Positions 47,748 to 59,480 of a stretch of DNA of 64,000 nucleotides are shown here, piece after piece (within the stretch, counting starts at the first letter, position 1; every line of letters begins with the position of its first letter). The notes below the pieces were generated by a model. That model searched no databases and had not been told where the DNA came from. It was given only the letters and a program-made list of their open reading frames with translations. Source of the stretch: Lama guanicoe (lineage: Eukaryota); NCBI GenBank assembly GCA_013239625.1, contig MU054323.1:4194214-4258213 (forward strand), given 5' to 3'. Both the position numbers and the translations under genes were made by a program.

Positions 47748-48769
47748 CACTATGATTTTTGAAATAAATGTTGATAAATTTGAGATGACTAAAATCCAAA
47801 TTATTTTAAAATAATTGTGCAATTCATAGGATCTTTTAAATAGAATGCACAAATGGTCAAATATTAAAATTCAAGGGGAAGTGTTTACATTTTTGACATT
47901 TTAAAGGGGCCTATTCCCCAGAAAAGTCAGTATCTCTGCTTTGGAAGGACAATATTGCCTTTATTAAAAAGTCTATGCTGGTTTCAGTAGTTGGTAACAG
48001 ATACTGGATCAGTGAATGGACTTGATAACATAGAAAGTGGAAGACAATGCTCCTCTCTGCAGCTCCCCAGAATTCTTCCTATAACAAATGCAGATCACAC
48101 AGCAGCTTAGCAGGTATCCTCCCACCAGCATTCTCTAATGCACCCTTTTATTATGTGTTATAATACTCTTCTAAAATCTGGATAAATACTAACTTCTGTG
48201 GGCCAAGTTAGTATTGACTGAATCACCTGCATTTATTAGTTAATAACCAGCCCATCTGTTAGTAAAGCATTACTTTGTTCATGGCTGTTCAAATTACTCC
48301 TGACTACAAGGGATGGAATAAGATTAATGCACTTTAAAGTATAGCTTGATGATAGATTATGGCCACTGTATTGTATCTACAAGTGTTAACTGTGCTCACT
48401 GGGGATCCACTGAGGGAATGTATGTTGTAGTGCATGGTGAATGGTAAAGTACTAAGCAAATGCAAGTCTCTTTTATTAACATGCAAGCATAACGCTTCTT
48501 GATCTGAAAACATAAAATCTAGCTGATGGAGTGCATAGAATGTACAACATAAAGGTGTTAATGTTGGTGATACGGCAGAATAGAAGGAAAGAAGGAGGGA
48601 GGCCATTGGAGAATGGATTTGTTAGGGATGACTTTAGGCTGTAAATGGAACAGTAGATGGGACTTGAAAGATGGGAAAGGAAGGTCAAGGGAGCTCCTTC
48701 TGGATTCTTGGCATGGGCTTGGAACTTTCTATGCATTGTGGCACTGATACTTCATATTAGCTGTATAAG

Positions 48770-48905
48770 GCAAGAAATTATTACTTGTAGTTTACTGAGG
48801 AGAAAACTGAGCATTAAAAATTAAGTGGCATTGATTCAAAGGTTACACAGATTAAAGTAATTATAGAACTGGTACTTGAATCCAGAACTGACTGCAAAGC
48901 CCACT
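48770..48905 (-). mobile_element. MIR SINE
   Basis: 'tttactgaggagaaaactgagcattaaaaattaagtggcattgattcaaaggttacacag...tagaactggtacttgaatccag'. Confidence 0.75.
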
Positions 48906-49059
48906 ATGAAAGTAGAATTTAGATCTCTACCAGGAAGGTAGAATTTAAATTGTTTTTTTCTCTCTTATTATAGTCTCATTTGTGTGTTATATAAAAAGAG
49001 CCATGCACTGTGTACCATGTACGCACAAATACAGCTTCATGTGGTCATCATGAGCATGA

Positions 49060-50070
49060 GATTCTGAAGAGAGCTTCTCTGTTAACCAAAGTTCAACAAA
49101 AGACGCAGAATCAGTAGAAACAGCAGGAAATCTATCTAATCATCAATCCGTCATAAATCTATGGATTTACTACAGGGAATTGGCTTTACAGTTGTGGGGG
49201 CTGGTTAAGCAGTGCCTTTAGAGCTGTCCCCACATGTAATGTTGGATCTTGAAGTCCACAGGGCAGACAGGAAGGGAAGAAGATCCCAAGCAGGCTGGAA
49301 TCCCGTAAGCACGAGTTTGACTCTTAGAAGCATGAATTACATAGACCCCCCACTATTGTGGCCTTTTGTTGCCTCTGCCTTTTGTGATTAGAGTACCCTG
49401 CAGAAGCTAAAACCCTTTGTTAGCAACCTAACCCTTTGTGCTGACACCTACAGGCATACCTTGGAGATATTTTATGTTTTGTACCAGACCACCACAAAAT
49501 GAATATTGTAGTAAACAAGTCACACAAATATTTTGGTTTCCCAGTGCATATAAAAGTTATGTTTACACTGGCCTATTAAGTGTGCAGTAGCATTATATCT
49601 AAAAAAAGTATACACCCTAATTAAAAAATACTTTATTACTAAAAAAAACTCTATAATCATCTTTTGAGCCTTCAGTGAGTCATAGTCTTTTTGCAGTAGT
49701 ACTATCAAAGATCACTGATCACAGGTCACCCTAACAAATATAATAATGATGAAAATGTTCAAAATACTGTGAGAATTATCAAAACATAACACAGAGACGT
49801 GAAGTGAGCAAATGCTGTTGCAGGGTTGCCAAAAACCTTCAATTTGTAAAAAATGCAGCACTATCTGTGAAGTACAATGAAGCAAAGTGCAATAATGTAC
49901 CCGATCTAGATGCTGCTTCACAGCACAGAGGTGAGTCAGCACATCAGTAACAATGTGTGTCCTACAAAATGACTGCTGTCTGCCTTCTGTCCTCCTTCCA
50001 AAATATCCCAAGGGTCCTGGGAAGTGTGGTTCAGCCTACCCAAGTTGACACATCAGAAGACCATTCCATT
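49060..50070 (-). mobile_element. MLT2F/E-like ERV-L solo LTR, interrupted by a Tigger1 derivative
   Basis: 'ggatttactacagggaattggctttacagttgtgggggctggttaagcagt' and, after the insert, 'ctgggaagtgtggttcagcctacccaagttgacaca'. Homologous to the LTR at 58880-59480. Confidence 0.7.
49451..49899. mobile_element. Tigger1 internal-deletion derivative (Tigger1a-like)
   Basis: TA followed by 'caggcataccttggagatatt...ccagaccaccac...ttttggtttcccagtgcatataaaagttatgtttacact', joined to 'caaagatcactgatcacaggtcacc...gcagggttgccaaaaaccttcaatttgtaaaaaatgcag'. Both Tigger1 end regions are present without a transposase. Confidence 0.9.
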
Positions 50071-51653
50071 TTTTTCCTTCTAGGCAGAAGTATCATTTTG
50101 ATAACATGTAACGACTCTACTCCTATAGGACTGGATACACCAGCACAAAAATAAGCTGGTTTGTTGGGGATCTTTCAGGCTCAGCACTGTAGATAATTAA
50201 TCTTAGTAGTTTCAGAACAGAAAAAAGTGAGTCATCATTTATACAAATAAAGACTTCACAACCTGCGGACAGTTTTCAGTTACTATTTAACCACAGATGG
50301 TTAGCAGGAATAATATGACTTGTGCCGTTTGATTTGGCGGAGAGGCTAAGACCCCAGCTTCTGGGTCCATTCCCACTTGACTTTTCCCATAGAAAAGTGA
50401 TTGAAATGAATTTATTTTCTGGTGAATTTTATGCCTACTTTTGGGTTAGAAACATAGATTTTAAACATTTGTCTCAAGTCTTTTCTTTCCTCAGAAGATA
50501 CAGTCTTTCCCTGGGGCCTACAATGTAAGCACTAGAGTATTTCCTAGGCAGAGACAAAGAAGAATTTAAATTAGAGTCTAGAATTGGGTCTCTTAACCCA
50601 GGTACTCCATTTCAGTATGTACACATCACAGCTAGCAAATATGTAAATTAATTGGGCAGTGTTTGGTGTGAGATTGCACAGCAAAATGATGCAAGCACCA
50701 TTAGAATTCTTCAGTATGATGTATAATCCAGTTGCAGACTTAGGCTAAACAAATTAATGCATCTTTGAGTCTCTCATAATGAATTTTTACTAGCTTTTCA
50801 AAAAGATTTAAACAATTCAATCCATCAGCAATCATTTTGGAGCAATTGCTGGCAGGAGACACTGTTTCTGGGGCTGAAATAATAAGGATGCTAAAGATAT
50901 GATACCAATTGGCAAGTAACTCAGTTTATTTGGGACAAATAAAGCATATGATAAAAACAAGTACCATTCTCAGTGATACCAGAAAAGTATTTTAGGTACC
51001 ATGAATGAGCAGATTCCTTGCAACTGAGTAGGATCAAAGATCCCTGAGCTGAGCCTTGAAATATGGGTAAGATAATGATGGATGGAACTGGGGGCAGGCA
51101 CTCTGTGCGGTATTTAATCTGACTGGTTTAAGAGGCCAGGTGAAGATAGAAGATATGAAATTTTAAAGGGGTACTTAACTCTTGATTTTTCAATTTATCC
51201 TTTCATTACTATGATTGGAACTTAAAGTGTTTACAATTGAAGTTAATGAACGTTTTATTGCTCATGACAGTTCACAGAAAATTAGTCTCTTGCTTTCTTC
51301 TCAGAGTGGGAGAAGGCCCTAGGAAACCTCTCCCTGAAGCCGGAGCTGTGGAGCAGTAGCTCTGCAGAACACTTTGCGGGGTGAACTTTGGAGCAGGGAT
51401 TCTGCAGGGAAGGATCTGCTGCAAAATGTGCAAAGGCTACTTGGAGGCTGAATGCAGAGGAGAACAAGCTGGTGGAGTTAAGGGAACAAGAGGAGGCATG
51501 GCCCCTACCCTGGGACAGCCTGGCAATTTTGTGGATGTTGGCTTCACCTTCTGATCTGGCACTGGAGGTGGGCTTGAACTCCAGAGCCCCTGCCCGTGCT
51601 TGCCCTCTGACTTTCCCTCCTCCCACCCTCTGCCTGGGGATGAGCCTTTTTGT

Positions 51654-51676
51654 TGTGGTGGTGGTGGTGGTGGTGG
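51654..51676. repeat. (GTG)n microsatellite
   Basis: Read directly: tgtggtggtggtggtggtggtgg. Confidence 0.85.
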
Positions 51677-51789
51677 CCCTTAAAGGTAAAGAAATGTGCT
51701 TTTATTTGATTTTCTAAGGAGGCTTTCAACAGTATTCTATTGTATGTTCATCACGGGATGATGCAATGCAGAGCAGGGTTGGGGCCACT

Positions 51790-51920
51790 CTCCCTTTCCC
51801 TGGAGCAGTGGTCTGGGGTCCTGCAGCCCTATGTCGGAGTCCCAGCTTAGCTGTGTTTTCTGGGCTTCTCCATCTGGGCTTCACTTCTCCCATGTATAAA
51901 ATAAGGCAGCTGGACTAGAG
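51790..51920 (+). mobile_element. MIR SINE fragment
   Basis: 'ggagtcccagcttagctgtg...ctccatctgggcttcacttctcccatgtataaaataaggcagctggactag'. Confidence 0.55.
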
Positions 51921-52184
51921 CAAACAGTACTTCTTGAAGGTGTCTCTTGGGCTCCCAATGGGAGCAGCTTAGCTGTTTAGATTTCCATATAAATTTTCAT
52001 TTTAAAAAAGATTCCCATGGCTAAAAGAGGTTTAAAGACACCCTACTGAATGCCCTTCCAGGGTCTTCTGACTCATACATTCCGTGACTACGTTTATCAC
52101 AACCAACTAGTGACTCCTAAGTCCGCCTCTGCCCTAGCAGGCCATCTGCTGGACTTTCACAACAGAATATTAATAGGACTCTGT

Positions 52185-52545
52185 CTTCCATAGCCTGGAT
52201 GTTTGTGTTCTCCCCAAACTTATGTATCGAAACCTATCCTCCCAAGATGATGATATTAGGGGGTGGGGCCTTTGGGAGGTGATTAGGTCTTGAGGGCTCA
52301 GCCCTCATTTATGGGATTAGTGCCGTTATGAGGGAGACCCAGAGAGCTTCCTCCTCACTTCCGCTGCAGGCAGTTACAGTGAGAAGATGGCCAGCAGTGA
52401 GGAAGCAGGCTCTCACCAGACGCCAGATATGCTGGCGCCATGATCTTAGACTTCCCAGCCTCCAGAATTGTGGGAAATAAACGTTTGTTTGTAAGATACC
52501 CAGTGTATGGTATCTTTCTTATAGTAGCGTGGATGGACTGAGACA
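52185..52545 (+). mobile_element. MLT1A-like MaLR solo LTR
   Basis: 'gatgtttgtgttctccccaaacttatgtatcgaaaccta...gtggggcctttgggaggtgattagg...tgatcttagacttcccagcctccagaattgtgggaaataaa...atggactgagaca'. Confidence 0.92.
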
Positions 52546-52959
52546 CTTTTCCTCCCACATGGCTCTTCTCATCCTCTGTAAACTGGTGCTGACGTTCCTC
52601 CTGGTTGCCAGTCCTGCATTTGGTCAGGGCAGGGATTTCACAGTAAGGGAGGGCTGAGGAAGGAGCTCCCACCCACGCGGAACACACGTAGGATTCGCCC
52701 CAGTAGTAGTCCTGGGGCGGTGTTCTTAGCCTGGACTCGGCTTTAACCTCGCTGAACTAATCATTGTCAACACCTACACCTGGACCTGGGTGCGCACTTC
52801 TGCTCCAGTCCCACACCCACAGCTTCCTGCTTCAGATTTCTGCTTGCACATCTGCCACGCACTTTCCGTTCTCTGTAAAGAACACATCTCCTTGTAAAGA
52901 ATTCATTATCTTATTTTAAAGCTGCTTCTTTTTCCCGACTTCCCAGTCAGGCTGAAAGA

Positions 52960-53720
52960 CTCAGAGCTGTCTGTATCCGCTCCCTTCTTCACTTGAATGC
53001 CTCTCCAGTCCCCGAATCCTGACAAGTCTCCTTTTTATTGTTTCTTGCTTCCATTTCTCTTTTGCTTTTACCACCCTTTTAGTTCCGACTTTCATTATCT
53101 CCCAGCCATCACAAACACATAACAGGTCCTCAGGGCTCTGTTGTCCCTCCACTCCAGTCCTTCATGGAGAGTGCTCGGGGCTAGTGTTTCTGGAGCCACG
53201 CAGGGTATCAATACCCAGAGTCAACACTTTTGTGACTCTCATTCAGAATCTCCTTCCATCCCTCCCTCCTCCCCCAGTGGGAGCCTGTCTCATCTTTATG
53301 AATAACAGTCCTTTATTGTCACCTTTCTATCATAAGTCGTCTCCCCCAAATCAAGATAGTTTCTACCACTGTACTGTTCAGACTATTCTCTCTGTCTTGA
53401 AAACCCATCCAGCTCATCCTCAAGGCCCCATGCAAACCTCACCCACTTTGTGAAACTTTCCCAAACAACCCCAAGATCAAAAGACTTTCCCCTGTATCTG
53501 CGCTTCCTCTTTCAGTTCACTGGATGCTGTCAGACTCTGCTCTGTAGCTTTTTTTTTTTTTATGGGGTGTGTGTGTGTGTGTATCTTACCATGGCATCTA
53601 AGAAGGAAGCCCCTGGAGGGCAAGGACCTGGAAATGGCTCTTTTGGACCCATTTCATGAGCAACCAGGCAAATGCCTGCTCTACCCCCAGAAATCTAATC
53701 TGTTGGGAAAATATTGAAGG
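52960..53720 (+). mobile_element. L2 LINE fragments
   Basis: 'cccatccagctcatcctcaaggccccatgcaaacctcacccactttgtgaaactttcccaaac' and 'aagcccctggagggcaaggacc'. Confidence 0.45.
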
Positions 53721-54852
53721 ATGTTAAAACCCACATAGTAGCTGTGCTGTGTTCAAACTCTTACGTTAATTGACCGCGATGAATAGCTCTAACTGTGCTT
53801 GTCTTTTCCTTTATCTTCATACGTGCATTTTCTGAAAAAGTTGAGCTCTATAGCCGAACGACCCATTCTGGCATAGCCTAGGACTTACCATCTTGAGTTC
53901 CTTTTTAATTAGGGCAGAGGAGTTGTGGATGTAACATTTTTGTGTATTTTTACAAAATTCGCACCTTGCTCACTTTAATTTATGTTTTCCTTAGTAACTG
54001 GTAGAAACATCTTAAGGGTCAGCCTAGAAGTAGCAGAATCAGTGGAAATACCTTTTCTAAACCTTTCTTCCTTGTGTCATTAATCAAAAGAAACACACCT
54101 ACTAACCCAGCCTGTCAGATTCACTCACAGAAGTTGCAGTTTATCTCCAAACCATTCTTAGCCTCTGAACCTGGTAGCTGATTGGGTAATGAGTAATTAC
54201 ACACCTTCAGTTGTAACTCTACCTTGGAATTTTTCAGCTTCTATTTTCTGTCAGTGAATGGAACTAAACTGCATGTGTTTTGGCTTGAGTACACAATGAA
54301 TCAGAATTAATGAAATGTCATATCCATTAAAGCAAACTCAGAAAATTGCATGCAAATACGGATAAGAGAGCTCTTAGCCCTAACTTTGCCGCTATAAGCA
54401 AAAGGATAGTGGCCATTTCACATAGATCATTCCATGCAGTTTTCCTTCCTGCTGTCACTCTAGGACTTGGCCTGTCCTGAGAAAGAAGGAAGGTACCAAG
54501 GCTTCTATGGAAAATACCCATAAGAAAATGCCTAAACACTGAGGGCAGCAGGAGCTGTGAAACCTCTACTTTCTTAACTCAAATCTGTGACTCCTCCTCA
54601 GGAGCTTGTTCTGACACTGACCCTGTCATTGCCTATGGTCCTGGGCCCTAAAGCCAAAGATGGGCTGACAGACACATAACTGTAGGCTGGCAACAGAATT
54701 TATTAGGTTTCACTTGTATAGTCAGCATGATCTGTTTCCAATGCGTAACACATTTGCCATTAAAAATGTGTAGGGTAAAACGTTTAATTTATCACTTCTT
54801 CTGTGCATTGATCTAAACATGAAAGTGATTTTCACTCTAAAGTAACGTTGGA

Positions 54853-55027
54853 AAAAAGTTTCTTCTGTAGAGCACAGGGAACTATGTTCAATATCTTGTG
54901 GTGGGCTTTGATGAAAGAGAATATGAAGACGAATATATGTGTGTATACGCGTGACTGGAACATTGTGCTGGACACCAGAAATTGACACATTGTAACTGAC
55001 TGTACTTCAATTTAAAAAGTTTAAAAA
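54853..55027 (+). mobile_element. Short retroposon consisting of the L1 3' UTR end, with TSD
   Basis: 'tgtagagcacagggaactatgttcaatatctt...acaccagaaattgacacattgtaactgactgtacttcaat' plus an A-tail. It is the reverse complement of the 3' ends of the L1s at 26.0 and 30.1 kb. Flanked by aaagtaacgttgga (54839-54852) and aaaataatgttgga (55028-55041). Confidence 0.88.
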
Positions 55028-56479
55028 AAAATAATGTTGGAGAGCCATCTCGGCGAAAGGCAGAGGAGAGCAGTGTGTGGTCCCCCTGGATGCTTCCTGG
55101 ATTTCACCCGCCTCCCAGGCGGTAGTCAGCACGACGGTAGCCTGCTCAGACTCTTCCTGCTGCTGGTAGCTGTCTTCCCTGCCCGCCCACAGGCATCACA
55201 GACCGGGGCCGATTCACAGATGAGTGGCAGCCCTTCAGTTCTATAGGAACAGTGAACAGTTACCCCCATAACTAAGCACAGAGAACCGTATGTCACCTCG
55301 CCAGAGTAGCAATGAATTCCTGACTCTGGCTGTACTCTAGAGGGTGGGCCATCAATGCTGTGTAGCACTGGCAAATAAATTCCTGATCTGGGTCTCTCAA
55401 GAACGCCACTAGCTGGGGACCTCCTTTTGCTGATGTGTATAATATTTCTGTCGCTACAGCTGTGTTTATGTAAAAGGAATGCATCTTCTCTTGTGTAAGT
55501 GATGGGTGGCCAATACTGTTACTTTTGATTTCAGCAAATTGATCAAGAGGGAAATGGGGCCTCATTAGAGGGTAGAGATTAGGTCATAGGCAAAGATGAT
55601 ACTTGTTTCCAAAACTGTTGTACAGGATATGAGAGGTCAAGAGTTGGGAAACTACATTCACAGGTTGTCAGGGAGTTGTCGAAAACCAAAACAGACAGCC
55701 TCCCCAGTGTAGCAGTGGAGGCTGCTCTATGACCCAGCCTCCCAGGAGAAGCCTGTTGCTGGTCAGATCATGTTAGTGGAACTAATGACTTTTAGTTCTC
55801 TCCCAAGAATGTCTAAAGCTCTCAACCTGCATGAAGGTGTGGGATTTGGGAGAAAAGGGGGTTTTCAGGTCTGAAGTAATTCCTTGTGGCTTTCCAGGTT
55901 CCCTGCTCACCTGGCCAAAGCTTATGAGTCATTCATTGCTCCTTTCCTGACCTGACCTTCACAAAAAGGAAAGTGGGTATGCCCTTTTTAATTTTTACTT
56001 TTATTGCAATGAAGACTGTTCACAGAAGGAAGAGGAGGTAGGAGTGAATCCAGGCGCCTGCAGGGGAGAAATACTGAGAACCAGCGCTGTACTCTGGCCT
56101 CTTGGCTCTTGATAAGGTGTCAAGGCCAGCTGGTTGGCTTGGTTCCCAGTACTGATGCTCCCTCCATGTGTTACTTCTGGAAAGTCACAGCCTCACACAG
56201 ATGCTTGTATTATATTTGCTGTCTAATGTGTTCGTACAACAGAGGCAGAGAGCAATGTGAGTGATTTGGAAGTGCTTTTCAGATCTTTTGGAGCAGTTTC
56301 ATCTTGAGAACTTAACCTGAGTAAACCAGTAGTTCCCTGATCTCTAGCAGTCTCCCTAGAATCTTCCTCAGCCCTCCTTATCCTGGAGGGCAGCTGAAGC
56401 AGGAAGAGAAACCGTGGATGGACAAAGCAGCATCACCGGGGCAGGAGTCCCCAGGAGGAAATGGGAGGCAGGCATGGGC

Positions 56480-56645
56480 CAGCGGGGTGAGCACTGGACC
56501 AGGAGCCACACGGCCTGGTTTCCAGTTCTGATGTTACATTCACGTGTCACTTCTGGAAAGTCATAACCTCTTACGGGAACTTTGTTTCACTATCGAAAAC
56601 TGCAGAAAATGGATCAGATGGCTTCTGAGGCTCCTCCCACGGCCA
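56480..56645 (+). mobile_element. MIR-family SINE
   Basis: 'gagcactggaccaggagccacacggcctggtttccagttctg...aaagtcataacctct...ggatcagatggcttctgaggctcctccca'. Confidence 0.55.
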
Positions 56646-57159
56646 GATCTGATTCCATTTCACCTTGAAGCCAGCAGAGTTTGCTGTTGCTTTTTCCTGC
56701 CAGTATCTTGTGAGTCTCTTTCTTTTCTGCTTCCTTGGCCCTTGTTTGCCTTCCTCCTGAGGCTTCCTGACATCCCACAGCTGCCCTGCTTTGTTCTCCA
56801 TCACACCGGGACACAGCAGCCGGCAGGAGCCAGAGACCAATCAGTATTTGATAAAGATAAATCTATGCTTAGAACTGGAACAGATGTTCAGCCAATTAGG
56901 AAATGAAACCCTCTGCAGAAGTGGATCGGCTTCCATCTGAGGAGTTTGGATTTTGCTGTAAAAAGGACTCATTTCTTAAAAGTGTTTTGTAGAATGTATC
57001 AAAACAAGGTACAAGGTTAGGTCACTGGCTCTAGATTACTCAGTTACAGTGTAGTTTCAAGATAACTATCATTCTCATATTTGTAACATTACAGAATATG
57101 TATGTTTTAGAATGGCAGGGACCTTATTCCTTTTCTTCCTACCCAGTGGAGAAGTTCTC

Positions 57160-57331
57160 CAGTCTTGCTTCTCAGGATGTGGTAACTAAACCCGCAGCCT
57201 TCGCAGTAACTGGGAGCTTGTGAGAAATGCAGACTCGCAGGCCCCACGCCAGACCTGCTGAGTCAGAACTCACACTTTAATGAGCCGTAAAGGTAGTTCG
57301 CATGTACATTCCAGTGTGAGAAATACCACTC
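57160..57331. mobile_element. MER5A1-like hAT MITE
   Basis: 'cttctcaggatgtggt...actgggagcttgtgagaaatgcagactcgcaggccccacgccagacctgctgagtcagaa...agtgtgagaaataccact'. Confidence 0.85.
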
Positions 57332-57519
57332 TATGATATTCCCGTTTAAAAGAGAACCTATCTTAGTCTGGACACATTGAGCCGCAAGAGGCTGCCTACT
57401 CCTTGCAGGGTGTTCTGTTTGGAAATAGCTCCAAGCGTCAGTATGTGCTTTCTTATAATGAAAAGACTAGGAAGTATTTATTGACCTCTAACCAGGTAAC
57501 CTCTTCTAAATATTTTATG

Positions 57520-57756
57520 CGTGTGTGTTGCCTCATTTCATGGTCATAATAGCCGGGAGAGGTAGATATTACTTGTTTTTCTTCCAGTTAATCTCCACAA
57601 CACACATATGAGAGGGATATTCTTATATTTCCTATTTATAAATGAGAAATATGAGGCCAGAGGAAATGAGCAGCTTGCTCAGGTCACACGGCTGGAGACT
57701 GAATCATGAGCGCTAACCAAAGTAGTTTGACTCCAGAGCGCAACTTAACCACTGTA
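57520..57756 (-). mobile_element. MIR SINE(s)
   Basis: 'cctattttataaatgagaaatatgaggccagaggaaatgagcagcttgctcaggtcacacggc...tttgactccagagcgcaacttaaccactg'. Confidence 0.75.
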
Positions 57757-57769
57757 TTATATGCTTATT

Positions 57770-58680
57770 TTTTATAGTGATTACAGTGTTCCTTTCTACA
57801 GTTTCTGCCCATCTGTCTTCTAGAAGTACAAATGAAATTCTCTTTTTTTCTTACGTGAAAACTCTTAACTTATTTGGAGCCAGCTCTCATGATCATTCTC
57901 TTTAGTATGTTCTTCATATGACTTAATTATATTTCCTCCCCACATTTGTCAAATGCTAGTTTGTAATCAAAGTGTGGCCTTCAGCTGTGTGGTTTTGAGC
58001 AGAGCGAAGTTCTAAGATTGTCTTCAGCCTGTACTGGAACAACACGCCTTGAGTAGTGAAGCTCAAGTACCGATGAGCGCTTGAACATAGTCACAGTGTT
58101 GACTGGTAATGAGCTCAGTGGCTTTTTCACAAAGGCTGCTATTAAGCCAGGCTTCTCTAAGTCTGTGTTTGTGGAGATGATTTTTGAACTCAGGAGCATT
58201 CCCTTGAAGCAGGCCTCTGACCAGTATCATGTGCTTCTGCACAGAGTGAGCTCAGGTGAGACCCTAGCACCCGTCTCCAGTGTAAGGAGGGTCGGCTGCA
58301 CCGCTACCCTGGGCTGTGGAGGGTAGAACTGGGTACCCATCCTGCTGACTTTCATCTTGTTAGCTGTGACTCATTATTCATCCTGTCAAATCTTTTGGAT
58401 TCTTGATTCTATTACTCAGCATATTTGCTAGCTGGGTCAGTCTTGTGTCATCTGAAAATTTGATAAACACATCTTCTGTCTTTATTATGCGATTTGCAGT
58501 TGAAAGCGCTGAATGGGCCAAAGTTGAAGGAAGCCTCTGGGATGGGTCCTGTTCCCAGAAACCCTCCCTACAGGCTGACTTCAGTTCATTAACATGCACC
58601 TTTCAGGCCAGGCATTTAATCATCTTAATATCTCAAAGTTCTTCATGCAGCCTATATGCCTCCATTTCCCCACGAGGGAC
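57770..58680 (-). mobile_element. L3/CR1 LINE ORF2 (RT) fossil
   Basis: ORF 58378..58599 contains IKTEDVFIKFSDDTRLTQLANMLSNRIKNPKDL, matching CR1 'GIECTLSKFADDTKLGG.A.T...R..IQ.DL'. Downstream minus-strand text reads ANKMK...SKNHLHKHRLREAWLNSSLCEK, then CR1 3' ORF2-like 'aagtcatatgaagaaca...catgagagctggctccaaataagttaagagttttcacgt'. Confidence 0.85.
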
Positions 58681-58879
58681 AGTAGTGGCCAATATGCTGT
58701 TTTAAACTACTAACACCCTCCAGGTATATGGTCCAAAATGATCATGGTGGAGGCAGCAATTTAATGGAAGGCACCCTGAATCAGTATTATAAATGAGCTA
58801 GGTGTGAGCTCTGGCTCTGCCGCTTCCATCTTTATGCTTTTCCTTTAGGGTAGATCAGAGAGTTGGAACCACTAGCAGT

Positions 58880-59480
58880 GGTTTATATAGTATAAAATTA
58901 TATAATAAGGGATTTGTTCTAGAGATTTGAACTATGCAATTGTGGGAGCTGGTTAAACAGTGTGTGAAAGGCCGTTACTTGTAGGTACATTGGTAGAACC
59001 TAAAGTTAATTGGGAAAAAAAGATGGGTGTCAGTTGGGACGAAAAGATGGATGTGAAATAGAGGAGAGCAAAGACAAAGCAGAGCCCACAAGGACCTCCT
59101 GGACCCCACAGGATGGGCTCGGACACACGTGAGTCTCTCGTTACCTTCAGGACTCCATCGTTGATGATGGAGGTGACTTACAGGAGAAGCTGCCTCCTTC
59201 CTCACAGAGATAAACACACACCTGGCCCAAGAATCAGAAGCTAAAGGAGGAGATGTAGTGGGAGCTGAAGTCGCTGCAAGCCTGGCCAGCGCCCCATGCC
59301 AGCTAGGTGAACCAGCAGATCACCAGAATGCACGTGAGCTGCAACAGTGCCCAGCACTGACCTGTCTCCTGCTTCATTCTGCCTTCCAGATCTTGTGCTG
59401 ATTTCTCCTTTAGCCCATACTAACCTGAAATTATGCAGGAAAGGGGATTCTGGGAAACACTGCTTCAGCCTGGCTAAATC
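58880..59480 (-). mobile_element. MLT2F/E-like LTR (3' LTR of the adjacent ERV-L remnant)
   Basis: 'aagggatttgttctagagatttgaactatgcaattgtgggagctggttaaacagt'...'aaggggattctgggaaacactgcttcagcctggctaaatcaacac'. Confidence 0.7.

Noticed and set aside
49060..59480. Two same-family, same-orientation MLT2F-like LTRs as the ends of one provirus
   Set aside because: The ~9 kb between them contains no ERV internal sequence and includes older L3, MIR and L2 elements. The internal region lies on the other side of the 58.9-kb LTR.
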